From Camelus ferus (taxonomy: Eukaryota), in assembly GCF_009834535.1 (NCBI RefSeq), contig NC_045696.1:20648001-20712000 (forward strand): a stretch of DNA of 64,000 bases, in the 5' to 3' direction. A model generated the notes under the pieces. That model ran no database searches, was not told the origin of the DNA, and saw nothing but the letters and a program-made list of their open reading frames with translations. The translations under genes were made by a program, and so were the position numbers. Each line of letters begins with the position of its first letter. Position 1 is the first letter of the stretch. Positions 14,360 to 28,100 of this stretch are shown here, in pieces.

Positions 14360-14768
14360 GAAAGGTAAAACTATGAAGGAGACAATAAAACCATCAGTGG
14401 TTGCCAGGGGTTGGCTGGCTGGATGAACAGGCAGAGCACAGAGGATCTTCAGGGCAGTGAAAATATCCTGTCTGATATTATAATGATGGAAATACATCAT
14501 TACATATTTGTCTAAACCCTTAGACTGTGCAACACCAAGGGAGAACCCCAACTTTGGGGCAATAAGACTTCAGTAATCATGATGTATCAATTTAGGATTA
14601 ATCTTTGGTAAAAAAAAAGTACCATTTTGGTGAGTGATGCTGATAACAGGGGAAGCTATGCACGTGTGGGGGAAGGAGGTATAATGGTAAATATGTGTAC
14701 CTCCCTCTCGATTTTATTGTAAACCTAAAACTATTTTAAAAAATAAGGTCTTAAAATTAAAAAAAAAT
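14360..14768 (+). mobile_element. L1MC-like 3' UTR fragment with A-rich tail
   Basis: Homologous to 3520-3910 in this window (aaaactatgaa, atcagtggttgccagggg, gtaccattttggtg, taaacctaaaact). Confidence 0.85.
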
Positions 14769-14989
14769 TTAAAGGTATACACTGAACTGTTATGAATGAT
14801 TACCTCTAAGTAGGAAAATAGAGGTGGGGGTGTTTAAGGGCACATTTTAAATGTGGAGAAACAAAAATAAAAGTACTTATTCTGTATGTTTTCCTTTTTA
14901 AATGTACCCGTTACTTGTGTAACACTAATTACATAAATACAAAAGGGATTTAAAACGTTCTAAAGCACTGCCCAATGAAATCCAGTCTA

Positions 14990-15215
14990 GTAGCTAAGCA
15001 TAAAGCTTTAGACTCAGACTGAATGGGCACAAATTCCAGTTTCAACTGTCTTAGATTTGTTTTTGCAGGCAAACAGCATCTTTAAATCTTTGTTTTCTCA
15101 ACTATAAAATAAGGATAATAATCATATTTTTTTCTCACACAGATGGCTTGGATATTAAATAAGTAAATCATTGAAAGGATCTAGTACAAGTATTCAAAAA
15201 TGTTAGTTATTGCTA
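14990..15215 (+). mobile_element. MIR SINE (degraded)
   Basis: gctttagactcagactg, ttttctcaactataaaataaggataataat, caaaaatgttagttatt. Confidence 0.6.
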
Positions 15216-16114
15216 TTTATAATGTATAAAGTAAATTTTTGTTTAAATACGTATTCAAGAAGTTAGCATTACTGTAATGTATAAAGTATAGTTCTGAATG
15301 TTTAAGTCCATCATTTAAAACACTCATTTTGAAGTTGTCCCTTTACTGCCCATGTAGGTGTCTGCTCTCAGTGTTGCTTTATTTTATTATGTATCTGTAA
15401 CTGCAGCAAGAGAGATGAAATAACTTCCCCACATCACGCACTTGGTGAGCTGCGGTTAGAAGCTGAATTCAGTACTTTTGATGCCATACTCTATGCTTTC
15501 ATCAACACATACACAGCCATCCATGTATACAAGTATACATACACTTGCACTGTTCTACCTCAAATTATCTTTGGGTTTTTCTTATATGTTCTCCCTTTAT
15601 ACATCTCAACTTAAATGTCACCTAACTGGCTAAACAAAATCACAATATCCTTCTTATTTACTCACAATACTCATCATAAGCTGTACATTTCTTATTATCC
15701 TTATTTAATAATTTTAACACTTCTACCTAAATGTATCTTTAAAAAAGGAGGGAGGAAGGATATCTTGCCACTAACTATTCATGACCTAGCGAGTGAACAT
15801 TTGGTGGTATATCTTGTTCCATGAATAAATACAAGTACACAAGGGGCAAGTGAAATTATTCTATCAGTGGACTGCATTACTGTCCTCACTTGTTTACTTT
15901 TTGCCATGAGACTACGTAGACCCTCCTACAAAAAGGGCTGTTCAACTTGGTATGCAGCCTGTGACTTGTTTGGGCCATTAAAATGAGACAGGTCTGACAG
16001 CCTGCCAGTTCTCAGCCTAGTTTTTAAGAGATCTTGCAATATTTCACTTTCAAGTAAAAGGTGTCTTCCATCACCTTAAATCTTTTAAAGGACATGTATT
16101 TATGCAACCTAGAT

Positions 16115-16310
16115 CGCAGGGTTTTTGACCTGAGCACCTGAACATGTGGGGTTACTGATAACTTGTGTTGAGAAAGTCTGTTGGAGATCAGGTTTTTGGG
16201 AGGAGTTCTGAAGCTCCAGTTTGGATGTTATAGTTGATTTGTCTGCCTATCATATATCCAAATGGAAATGCAGGGGAGGTGGTAGGCTATAAATGAGTCT
16301 GAAGTATTTG
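16115..16310 (-). mobile_element. L2 fragment
   Basis: ggtttttgacctgagcacctg...ctccagtttggatgtt...atccaaatggaaatg...gagtctgaagt is a typical antisense L2 pattern. Confidence 0.5.
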
Positions 16311-19300
16311 ATAAAGAGTCTATTACCATGTCTTCCCAACATCGTCTCCTAATAGTTTTCCTCTTGTTTACTATCTTCTAAAACAAGACTTAGCAAACTA
16401 CAGACTACTAGCCATAGTAGCGTATAACAAGTATAACTGTTACAGAGTTATGCTCCACGAGACACTGCTACTAAAGATGGAGCAAGATTGCTAGTTTAGG
16501 TCTGTTTCATTTCAGTTCTGCGTTTTCTCTGAATCTCCAGGAATTTGGGTGGCGTGGATTGCTTATGGTTGTTGTTGCTTTTGTTGCTACTGTTTTTGTT
16601 GTTCATACTCTTCCTCATGATAATGCTCACAAGTCTATGGGATATGTTTACCACCATCCTTCCACCTGCACCCCCCAGCCTGAAACTTTGATGATCATCA
16701 ACACAGCCTCTCTATGTTACCCAAACTGACGGTATCTAAGCTATCTCACTGGCTCATCATTGTAAATATAGGAATAACTAATTTAGCTCTGTACCTGACA
16801 CTTTCCATTTAAGGAATTTATTTATCTTTAGTTTCATTGTAAATCTCTTGGTGAACTAGATGCTAGAATAGGATATGTTACTGGAAGATCCTTTATTTTA
16901 GCTGATAGTTTCTTTGGACTCAAAAAACAAGCCTTCAGGCAATAAATTTATACTTTGACCTTTGACGAAAACTTGGTCAAAGCACAAACATAATTAAAAA
17001 AGAAAAAAAAAATCATAATGGAAGAAGTAATAGCCTTAGGCACAGTTAAGGAGTCCGTAAGATTCTATCGTACCTGTAAACACCTGAAAGGGCTATAGAA
17101 GGCTTCATGTCTGTGTTTATTGACACTTGAAAATTGTTATCAGTTCAAGACCTAATAAAAAAGGATGACTGTGTTGGTTTCAATCACAACAGGTTTTGTT
17201 AAACTAAAGCACCCTCTCTTTCTTTTGCCTTTGATGAAATGTTGAGAAGGCCCTCTCTTCCCTTACCCTGGCAATCCCCATTTTGTTGAACTGTTTTCAG
17301 CATATATTGAACGGTGAAAATACCATTTAACAGAAAATACATTCATAATTTTAAAAACAAAAAAGAAAAATCATTGTTAAGCTATTTTAAAAATGTCAAA
17401 CACTTTTTTTTTAAAAGGATACCAAGCAATGAGATCTTAAAATTTTAGAAATTTCCTCCTTAGAGAATGAAGTACATCTTTACAGACCGTGCTGCTTTAT
17501 TTATTTACAAAGTTTTCTAGTTGTGCCTACACATTTGACTCAGAGCTTTTCTGTGATGAAACATTCCAGTTACTTCTGGAAGAAATAACTTCTATAAAAT
17601 AGATTATTTATAAAGTTTAGCTCCAAATTTTTTCACTGATTTTTACAGTATTATAATACATTTCTGGATATTTTCATTTATAGAACAAGTACATTTTTAC
17701 ATTTTGATTTTGAAAGAAAGAAAAAAGATGTTTGTGATGTTAGATATTAAATATGTACTTATTTGTATATTTGTATGTATATATTACACATCCGAACTGC
17801 CAGCTTATAAATTAACACATAAATTAAATATTAAAATTTTAATATCTTTGCTATAAGATGATTTAGAGATTTTTAATTTTTGTGAACTATGTATAGTATT
17901 ATTTAAAATATATTTCAGTTAAAATTACTTGACATTTATATCTAGTAGGGAGAGTATGTAGATGTAAATAATTATTATTTATGCACTTGTAAGGCATAGC
18001 TGTGATATATCTCACTTATCCACTGACACATTTATTCTCTAGACTTACTGTGATAGTGAGAGTTATTTGAGTAGAGGCTCCTATCTATTTGCATAATTAT
18101 CATCCATGGAAGCCCCATCTATTATGCTTTCATTTTTTTTAGCACATAGTCTCTAGGGTCAGCCCACTGGCTCCACAATGTATTCCCATAGCATAAAATC
18201 TATCTGGGTGTGCAAATTCCATGAGCTACCACCTAATGGATATTTTGCTCCATCACTTGCTCTCTCTCCCACTGCTGTCTTCAGTCCCTTTCTATACAGC
18301 AGCAGAGAGTTTTATTTAAATTCTAATTAATTTAATTATTTTTCAACAAGCAGGTTGTGTTGTACTGTTCATGTTTGTTTTAACATCAATTAAATTTAAC
18401 ATTTGGATATTTATTTTCATAATCCTGCTCTAGTTGTAGAATCTTTTATGTGAATAAACATAATTTTGTGACATATCAGAAATTTTCATAATTTCCAGAA
18501 AGTATATAGTGTCCAGATCTTTAGGCATTTCCATAATTTATAGAAGATGAGGTAGTGAGAGGTTGTTATGTAAATATCAAGCTCAGATTCCTACTTTAAA
18601 TTATAGGACACCATCAATTTCCTTTTGTTGGTTGACAAAATTAAACAACTAAGGACCTTAAGGAATAATAAAATTGGCTCTATCTTAGGAAACAAAGTTT
18701 CTAATTATTATTTAGGTTTAAATATTAATATTTTGAAGAAATTTTACATATATTAAACCACACATTAAATCCATTTTTTTCAGTTATAACCCAGCCTTAA
18801 ATTATAAATATAGGAGGATCCTGAGTTGTCTTAAGAAACATTTAATGACTAAGTGCATTGATTTTCATAATTTCAGAGGATACTGATGATAAAAATTGTT
18901 AACATTTTATTGCTATTTCTACAGCTTACAAAATATTTACATATACTACACTTTTCTAAATAATCAGGAGTATTTCTTCATAGGCTCTACTTCTGAACAA
19001 ATTAAATCTTCTTAAATAACTGTCCATATGTTAAGAGAAGAAATATATTTCATATTATGAAGAGATGGGAAGGAGTACTGTAGCAGAATCTAAGGCAAGC
19101 TAAATTGGAGCCAAGTTGGGAATATAATTAAATTCTATTTTAAAAGGTTTAAACTTCAAATTATATGCTCTAAGAAACTAGGGTGAGTGTTTGGAGTAAT
19201 GGAGTGGCACTATCAGATCTCTATATTAGATAGTAAATGTGGAGGCAATTTGCAATACATAATCTAGCAACAGAAAACTGCATGAGTCTATTGCAATGAA

Positions 19301-21609
19301 AGTATCTTCCAAAACAATCACATTAAATACTCAAAAAATCAACTTTTTAAAAATGATGCAAGAGATATTTTCTTTTGTATAACAAGCTTGCCCGTGATTG
19401 AAAATAAAAAGAAAACCTTAGTATCTTCTTTTTAAATGTTTGTCAATATGATGAGCCATATAATATTAATATGAAATAACAGAAATGTATGCAAATAATC
19501 AAAAGGAAGCTAATATATACTGAACACTATGTGACAGCCTAAATATTTTTCATTTGCTGTCTCAATTTTGACAAAAAACTTTAAGTGATGTATAATATTT
19601 AAATGATGTATAATGATTTATAGTTTATATAAGTCAAGTTGTTATCAAAGGTACTCTCAGATATGAATTGCAGTGTCTATACCTGGTCCCACTTGCTTTC
19701 AAAGCCCTTCCTCTGTCACTCTTTGCTAAACTACCTCCTTTCAATTCCGCAAGACTTTGAATGGACAGATACTAGCAAAGACCATAAATTCAATTCATAT
19801 CACTTCAATTTTGAGCACAGCAAAAACAGTGATAGTTAATTCTTCCTGATTCATAAATTCAACAATTCCATGCTTTTACTTAAATTTTTTTTTTTTTTGC
19901 AGAACTAGCCTTTTCTTTCTTATATTACTCATTACACAGGACCGATTGAAAGATCAATGTATTCATTAATCTTATTGTCTCTTAAAACAGTATCATTTTA
20001 ACTAAAATAAATGTACAAAAACTCTGAATTAACTGTAAAGTAATTAAGTACAGAAAACAAGATCTTTTTGTGGTAAATCAAACTGTAATGCCATATCCAA
20101 CCATGATACAGTGAGAAGGATATGGAGATATCATATTGGATCAAAGACAAATAGTTGAAATAGCACATACATCATATCTAGCTCGTATGAACAACAGGAA
20201 GTAAAGCTGTAAATGTCCTCTTTCTGGTGGTGATCTCAATCTAAAAGTTGGTTTAAAACCTTGCATTCGTTCTATGAAGAATTCAGAATCAATTTACATC
20301 ACTGAAAATCACTTCATTTACAGGAAACTAATTTCTCATTAATGCTAAGATCGCTTATGTCACTAAACCCTCCTAAATTCAGTTTTCATTTTTATGCATG
20401 TAAGTCAGCTTCTCTCTTTCCTCAGTCTCATGAGTTGTCAATCATCCAGAAATGTATTTTTTTCTAATGTTACTCAAGTCTAGAATAGTTTTTCCTACTT
20501 GGTTCCAGTCTTCACAGTTCCCAGCAGAGGCACATAGGAGTTATACACCTGGGTCCTTAGCATTTTTGAAATACTAAAAATATCTTTACTATTCTTCAAC
20601 ATGTTTTTGAACTTGGAATTGACTTTTGTTAGTAGATATAAGTATCCCACAGATCTATAAAAGTGAGACTTGACTTCCTTTAGCACATAATTACACCAGC
20701 TTCTAGATAGGCTGGAGAGGGAGAGTTACCATCTCTCCCGCCTAAGAGGGCTAGCCATCATCTGCTTTAGCATCTAGCACTTCATCTTTCATGTCTTTAC
20801 TATGATATTTATTATTTTTTTCACCTATATAATTCTCAGTCTCCAATCTATATATTTAAGATGAATATTTCAGAGCAGTGTTAGGAATTAAATGAGATAA
20901 ATAAACTATGTAACAGACTATCTAGTATATAATTTTGCTTCTTATTAAATCTCATACATACTCGTAATACTTATGAATCAGAAGTTGTCCAAGAATAGTT
21001 AAATGGTTTCATTTAGATTTGAAGAAATAGTGTATGTGTTCAGTAAATATTAGCTATCTTTTATGTGGTCAAATGATATTAAAAATAAAGAACATTCCAG
21101 AAAAGTGTAGAGATAGTAAAAAACAAGTGACAGAACTACAGAAAGAAAAAATATATATATATAAGACAACTCATTTCCATTACAGAAACCAATTTTAATT
21201 AGAAGCAACAAAAAGATGAAACAAAAATTACTGGTAACAAAATAAGTAAATTGTACAATTACAAGAAAATTGTATATGTCAAAATAGAGAAAAATATAAA
21301 TAAAAACTGACTTGAGAGAAGATGAAAGATTTGGAAAAGAGGAGTGTTGTCCTTGAAGAAGAAATAATTACAAATATAAGAAAATGTATACTGAAAGAAA
21401 TATTGAAAGAAAACATTCCTGAAAGATCAAATTATTTACAGGGAATACTCAACTATATGTTTTTAAAAAGATACACATATTAATAACTTAATTCCAAAGA
21501 ATTGATATTGCTCATCTGCATAGGGAAAGAAAATAAAATCACCTTCTTACGTAAATTACCCTTGAAGTAAAATAATACCTATTTTGATTTGTTAAGAAAA
21601 AAACAGATT

Positions 21610-22110
21610 TAAAGAAGTTGTAGTATATTTATACAATGAAATACTACTCAGCTATAAAAAATGACCACATAATGCCATTTGCAGCAACATGGATGTCCCT
21701 GAAGATTGTTATTCTAAGTGAAGTAAGACAGAAAGAGAAAGAAAAATACCATATGATATCTCTCATATATAGAATCTTAAAAAAAAAAGACAAATAAACT
21801 TATATATAAAACAGAAACAGATTCACAGACATAGAATACAGACGTGTGGTTCCCGGGAAGGAGGGTGGTGGGAAGGGATAACCTGGGAGTTCGAAATTTG
21901 CAGATACTGACTGGTGTATATAAAATAGATAAACAAGTCTGTACTATATAGCACAGGGAAATATATTTAATATCTTATAGCAGCTTATATTGAAAAAGAA
22001 TATGAAAATGAATATATGTATATTCATGCATGACTGAAGTATTGTGCTGTACATCAGAAATTGACACAACATTGTACACTGACTATACCTCAATAAAAAA
22101 TTTTTTAAAA
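21610..22110 (+). mobile_element. Lineage-specific (artiodactyl/camelid) L1 3' end
   Basis: ORF2 C-terminus (atactactcagctataaaaa...atgccatttgcagcaacatggatg...ctaagtgaagtaagacagaaagagaaag) and 3' UTR (tatatagcacagggaaatata...gaaattgacacaacattgtacactgactatacctcaataaaa). Confidence 0.88.
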
Positions 22111-23639
22111 AATGTTCAAATATCACTTTGGGGCAAAAGCATAACTGTTCTTCTGTCTAACACAGAGAACTTTTCCTTAATTTTTAAAAATGTTTCAGTA
22201 AGGTAGAACATTTAATAACATTTAATAATGATCAAGCCATATAAGGTGAATGATCTCAATTTCACTATGTAAGAATAGTCAGCATAACTATTGTGGAAAC
22301 AAATTCAGAAATCACACAGAAACTCTGCAAAGCTATGCCTGTATCCCTATGCAATTTATCTTCCTCCTCCTATTAAGAAAAGACATACTTAAAGTTTGAC
22401 TCAGCAAGTCAACACTGGCAAGGCCTGGTCAGTATATTTCATTCTGATTGTTTTACCTCTGCGGTGGATACATTTCTTTCTTCCTTTGCCACTTTGGCAG
22501 GTCACTTGTCTCATCAGTCACTTAGGCATAACTATGCTTGTTAAGCAATCATCAGAGTAAAATCAATACTAAGCATTATGCTCCCTGCACTGTAAAAGGG
22601 AGAGCAGACAGGATAGAGCTAATCACCACAAAACTTGGTGATGTTTTGACGTTAACTCTGTAAAGGTTTCTGAAGGCAAAGCAAGTTGCCTGAGTTGTGT
22701 GGTACTAGATTTCCAGTCTCCTTGTCTTTATTTATGCCTCTCAACTCCCCAAGATTTGTCATCCACTCATATTTATCGTGCATTCCCAGGTGCCTGACAC
22801 TGCAGTAAGTGGTTTGAGATTTACAGTTTTTATTTGCTCCTTGCCCTTAAAAGGCAGTTTAACGGGATGAAACACAGACAAATAGATTATATTGTTGGGT
22901 TCACATGCTTAGAATAGGAAGTAAATAAACAAAAACAAAAACAAAGAAGACATTTACAAACTAGGGATGAGGACTGATTGAGACTTTCAGGTAAGTCTGA
23001 ACAAGCTGAGGACAATATGCAGGTAGGCTTTACATAAGACAAAAGTGCTCATTGCCCCAGAAACAATGGAGTCACAGTAGACCTGTACATATAAGAAAAT
23101 ATGTTTTAGGTGGAAGGGATAATTCACTCACAGTTAATTTAGCAGGAAAACTAACTAACTAACTAACTAAAATAACTAAATAACCAACGTCATGAAGCTT
23201 TAAAAATCTTTAAGTTATATATAAGATGTAGTAAAATCAGATATCTAAAAATCAGGAAGTACATCAAACAGTTTTTCTCTTCTGTTTCAAATATCCACAT
23301 GTGAAATTAAAGTACATCTCATTAACATATAGAAAAAATCTGATGTGACTAGAAAGTTAGAAGCAAGGAGAGTCCTGACATTCAATTTTTCTTTAGACAT
23401 CTTGACGGTATTAAGCTCTTCTGATGATATCCCCTCCTGTCTTCTCTAATTTGATGTTTAACCTCCACCACTTCACTGTTAATGAAACTCAATCCAATAG
23501 CATTGTTACCATAACTTTGAATTTAAGTGACACAAAACATACACATATGTATATAAAATACATATAAGTAAATATGTGTAAATATATGTAGCTTCTGAGA
23601 GTAGAATTACATAGAAACTCAATTTGAGTTATATTTAAA

Positions 23640-23861
23640 ACCTGTGGTCTCAAGGCAAACAGACTTGATAATACAGGTCAAATCCACTATCAATTAGTTA
23701 CATTATATCTTAGAAAAATTGTTCAATTTCTCTAAACCTCCATGATCTCATCTGTAATATAGTAACTTTTAGAATACATTTTTCTTACAGTTGTTTTGAG
23801 GGTTGAATGTATTGATTTCAATAAATGAAACCAGAAAAGTGTTTGACACATAGTAAACCCT
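23640..23861 (+). mobile_element. MIR SINE, interrupted near its 3' end by an LTR and resuming at 24223
   Basis: ttcaatttctctaaacctccatgatctcatctgtaa...gtttgacacatagtaa, then after the LTR ctcaatcaatgttagc. Confidence 0.65.
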
Positions 23862-24222
23862 CATCTTAGTCAGTTTGGGTTGCTACAACAAAATATAATA
23901 AACTCAGTAACTTATAAACAACTTATATAAACTTATTTCTCACAGTTATGGAGGCTGAGATGTCCAAGAACAATGTGTGGGCAGATCTGGTGTCTGGTGA
24001 GAACCTGCTTCCCATCCGTCCATCTTTTCACCTTCACCTCACATGGCAGAAGGGGCAAGAGATCTCTCAGGGGTCTTTTTTATAAGGACACTTACATCTT
24101 CATAAGAGCTCTGTTTTCATAACCTAATGACTTCCCAGAAGCCCCACCTTCTAATAACATCACACTGGTCATTACATTTCAACATACAAATTTGGGGCAA
24201 CACAAATATTTGGTCTGCAACG
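23862..24222 (-). mobile_element. MaLR solo LTR (MLT1A/MST-like)
   Basis: tcttagtcagtttgggttgctacaacaaaat, ttatttctcacagttatggaggctg, cctcacatggcagaagggg, ccccaccttctaatac-like motif. Near-TSD accct/actct. Confidence 0.85.
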
Positions 24223-24747
24223 ACTCTCAATCAATGTTAGCAATGTGTGATATCATTATCATCTATAAATTTGGTAATTACTTTCATATCATACTATTAT
24301 ATAATATATTCTGTTCTCATTCATTATGGCATGATATCAACTATATATGATATATTGCCATATATCAACAGGTTTCTCCCATGATAATGTCTGATGTACA
24401 GTAGGACTAGAAAAATAAGTAGCACCATTGTCATGGCAAGTTGTAGTATTGAAGAAAAAAATCCTTTAGTGTCTAAAAATTGGTACTTTATCTTACTTTT
24501 GCATTTGATTCAAGGTACCCTAACTTCTCTTGATGTATCTGTATGCCTATTGCTTTCCCTGGTGCCCAGAAAATTTACTCATGAACTGTCATGAACTCTT
24601 CAATTTCCATGCTGCCATCAAGATCACCCAGTTTCTGCTAATTCCCAATCTACTCTAGCCCATTGTGGGAATTCTCCCTATCCATTCCAATAATCCTAAA
24701 GTCAGATTTACAGAGTAGATGATTCTATACATGTTTCCTTATAACCT

Positions 24748-25102
24748 TCACTTAGTCAGTTTCAATTGCTAAAATAAAATAACTATATTCTGAGTAGCTT
24801 ATATAAAGAAATTTATTTTTTTACAGCTCTAGTGGCTGAAAGTCTAAGATTAGAGTGCCAGCATGGTCAGGTTCTGATGAGAGCCCTCTTCTGGGTTGCA
24901 GACAGCTGACTTATATCTCACATGGTGGAGAGAATGAGCTAGCTCTCTGGCCTCTTCTTATAAGGGCACTAATACTATTTATGAAAACTCCACCTTCATG
25001 ACCTAATTACTTCCCAAAGGTCCCACCTCCAAATACCATCACAATACTGTTAGGGTTTCAATATATTAATTTTGGGAGGATACAAATATTCAGTGCATTG
25101 AA
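24748..25102 (-). mobile_element. MaLR solo LTR (MLT1A0-like)
   Basis: gtgccagcatggtcaggttctgatgagagccctcttctgggttgcagac, tcttataagggcactaat, catgacctaattacttcccaaaggtcccacctccaaataccatcac. Confidence 0.88.
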
Positions 25103-28100
25103 ACTTCCAAGGCACTTCTCAGAACAATGCTGCATTATTATCATAGCATGGTAATATCTACTTCTACTAGCAATTGTATGAATGTATCCATTTTATTTTT
25201 TCCCTACTACATACAATTCTCTAATTAATAGCCAAGAATACATTTCATTGTATAGAGTAGCCAAAATTTCCATTGAGTGTATTCCTAGAAGTGGTTTGGG
25301 TAAAATGTAGATATTCAAATTTTCAGTTTTACTAAGCACTGGCACACCTCTTTCTAGAATAGATGTAATATTTTCATTTCCAATTTCAATATAAATCATG
25401 TCAGGGTTTAACAGTCTAAGAGTAGTTTCTAAGTAAATTCCAATTAAAATAAGGCAAAATAATTTTGTGAATAAAAAAGGTAATGTATGGAGTGAATTAA
25501 TGGATGGTGTTTAATATGAGGTTTTAAAATTTCAATTTTGCTGCTAGGTTTCTTATATAAACACAAGGAATACAAAAATGAGAGATATATTGTTTTGTAA
25601 ATGTAGTGCACAATTACAATGAAAAAGATAGCCCTGAGAGTTTATTAACACATATGCAGTAACAAAAATCCAGAAAGGAAATCAAAATAACCTGGACAAT
25701 ACCCTGGTCTTTGCAAATGGACATGTGTTGAGTACGAAGGTTTGGGTAGACTTGTTGCTGGCAATGGTGAGAGTGATATTGATATTAAAAACTAAAACTT
25801 ATCAATATCTACCAAACGCAAGTGATGTTAGTTGGTTTCATATGATGCTTTATTTCCAGTATATTATTTCTTCATAGAAGAAAACTAAGGCTCAGATATG
25901 CAAGAGCACAAAGAAAAAGAAAAGAGGGAGTACAAAAATTTTCTAGAACAGTGTCTATATGTTATCAGATAAATGCTATTGACATTGACAGGGATGAAGA
26001 TTTGGAGGAGAGGTTCAAGTTTGGGCATACTGAATTTAGTTTCTGAGAGGATATGTTTTGTTGGTTATCAGAACATCTCTTCAATTTCACATTGAATGAG
26101 TTCCTTTAAAGGATTTAGATATGCCTATTCAGTTTTGAGCATTCTTATTGGAGCAGAAGTAGTATCATATTTACTTTAAGAAAGATTATGCTCAGTTCAC
26201 TGTTTATCAAAATACTCACAACAATCTAACTAGAAAGCTGAGTGAAGAAATAAAAATAAAGCAACAACAGATGGATAAAAATCAAGAGTGTTTAATATTT
26301 AAATGTATAGAATTGTGCCCTCAAACAAAAATTATACTTAATGCATTTTGGATTCATTTATATTTTAAAATTCATAGTCTTGATTTCAAAGCAAAAAGCT
26401 GACTTTTGGAAAATAGACTGTCACTATATATTATGTCTGTAGTTGATACTGTGCTTTCTACACCGTTAACTTTTTAAAGCCAAAATGTTATTTTCTAGGA
26501 TCATTAATAATACAACATATCCAATTGTATTGTTAAATTCACTTAGCATGAAGAATTCACTAAAAACTGCAAACTAGGGTACTCTTATAAAGCTTATTTT
26601 CCCTTCCATTCCTGACATAAATAATCTCAAAGGTTCACATATTAATTCAGCCACCCATTTTTATTGGTTTTGATTCTTCGCACAGAAACTGTCACTTGAA
26701 CAACATTCCTACTTAAAAAGTATGTAACGTACACATATTTTTAGTGTGTGTTTGACTCATAGTTTTAATTTGTAAACATACTTACATTTTCTAGACATTC
26801 TCAAACTGAACACACTAAGATTTGCTGATCCTCAGATGCATGCTGCATTTTAGCTCTATCATTTAAAGTAATTATTTCTCACTACACAAACTATACCAAC
26901 ATTAACTTAATATGATTCCATGTTTTTTTCATTCCTTCTTTCAAAATATTGGGCCTACATTTTATGCTAAACACCTTCTTGGGCACTGAAAATACACAAA
27001 TTAATAAAACTCTTCACTTATTAGGCTAAATGTTTAATAGAATAGATACCCTAGCTGTGAATTGTGATACAATATCATAAATTTTGAATCAGAGATAAAC
27101 ACAAAGTATAATGGATACAAGTAAAGAACTGAGTCTTAATGTAGAAGGACTAATAGTGAAGGCTGAAATGAGATTCAACCTGAGACAGCAAAATCACAAC
27201 TTTGTGACATCTCTTCTCTTTCTAGTGTCCACTCTGCTGCCTCAGAAGTTATCTCGGACCAGGTCCCAACACATTCTCCCCACAAATGAATTTGACATGC
27301 AAGATGTGACTTTGTTGTCACCTGTAGAGTGAGAAGCATGAGGAATGTGGATTGAAAGCACCAAGATGCCATAGTAACTGAAGGTTCACTGTACCAGTCA
27401 TTACACAAGTATTTAAGTTGGTGATGGGGAAGACTTAAGAACATTACTTGGAAACTCAATTGTAAAATATATTATTGGATGACTCATATAAAGGAGAAAA
27501 TAAATATCAATGGTAATGTCCTAATAAGCAATACAACATGAGATAGTTTTAGAATGAGGCAGTGGGATGAGGTGTTATCAGGAACCGTATTAGATGACCA
27601 CACTCAGAGGCTGAATGAAGCTTAAGGCCAGCATGATGTAGCAAAAGAAAAACAGGCTTTTGAAAATATAAGAAATTTCTATTCATTCTGAAGTAACTGC
27701 TAAACATATGTAAAGACTGTTGTTATATAATCTATATTTTATTTTTATTATATAAGATTACTAAATAAATAGGGAATTAGGAGTAAAGAGAAACTGAAAC
27801 ATGTACCACATTTTAGAGCTAAATTTATTTGCTGTTTCTTAGCAAATTAATGATAGTGCATAATTACTTCATCAGTTTTCTGTTATTTTAATACTTTTTA
27901 ATAAACGATTGTTTTCTTGTTTTGTAGGTTTTGTTGAAAGAAAATAGAAGATGGTTGAGAAGTCAAAGGGATGCTTGTGTGAGAGCATGCAGAAGAATGC
28001 AAAATACATGTAAGATAAATTTGTCTTCTATTTCCATTATTTTATTTCTATTCAAGGAGAGTTGATTTGTGGATTTTAGTGAAAGAATCCTGTAAAAGAG

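Noticed and set aside
23862..25102. Two same-orientation MLT1A-like LTRs as ends of one provirus
   Set aside because: The first has its own near-TSD inside a MIR, the two differ at diagnostic segments, and the spacer has no MaLR internal sequence.
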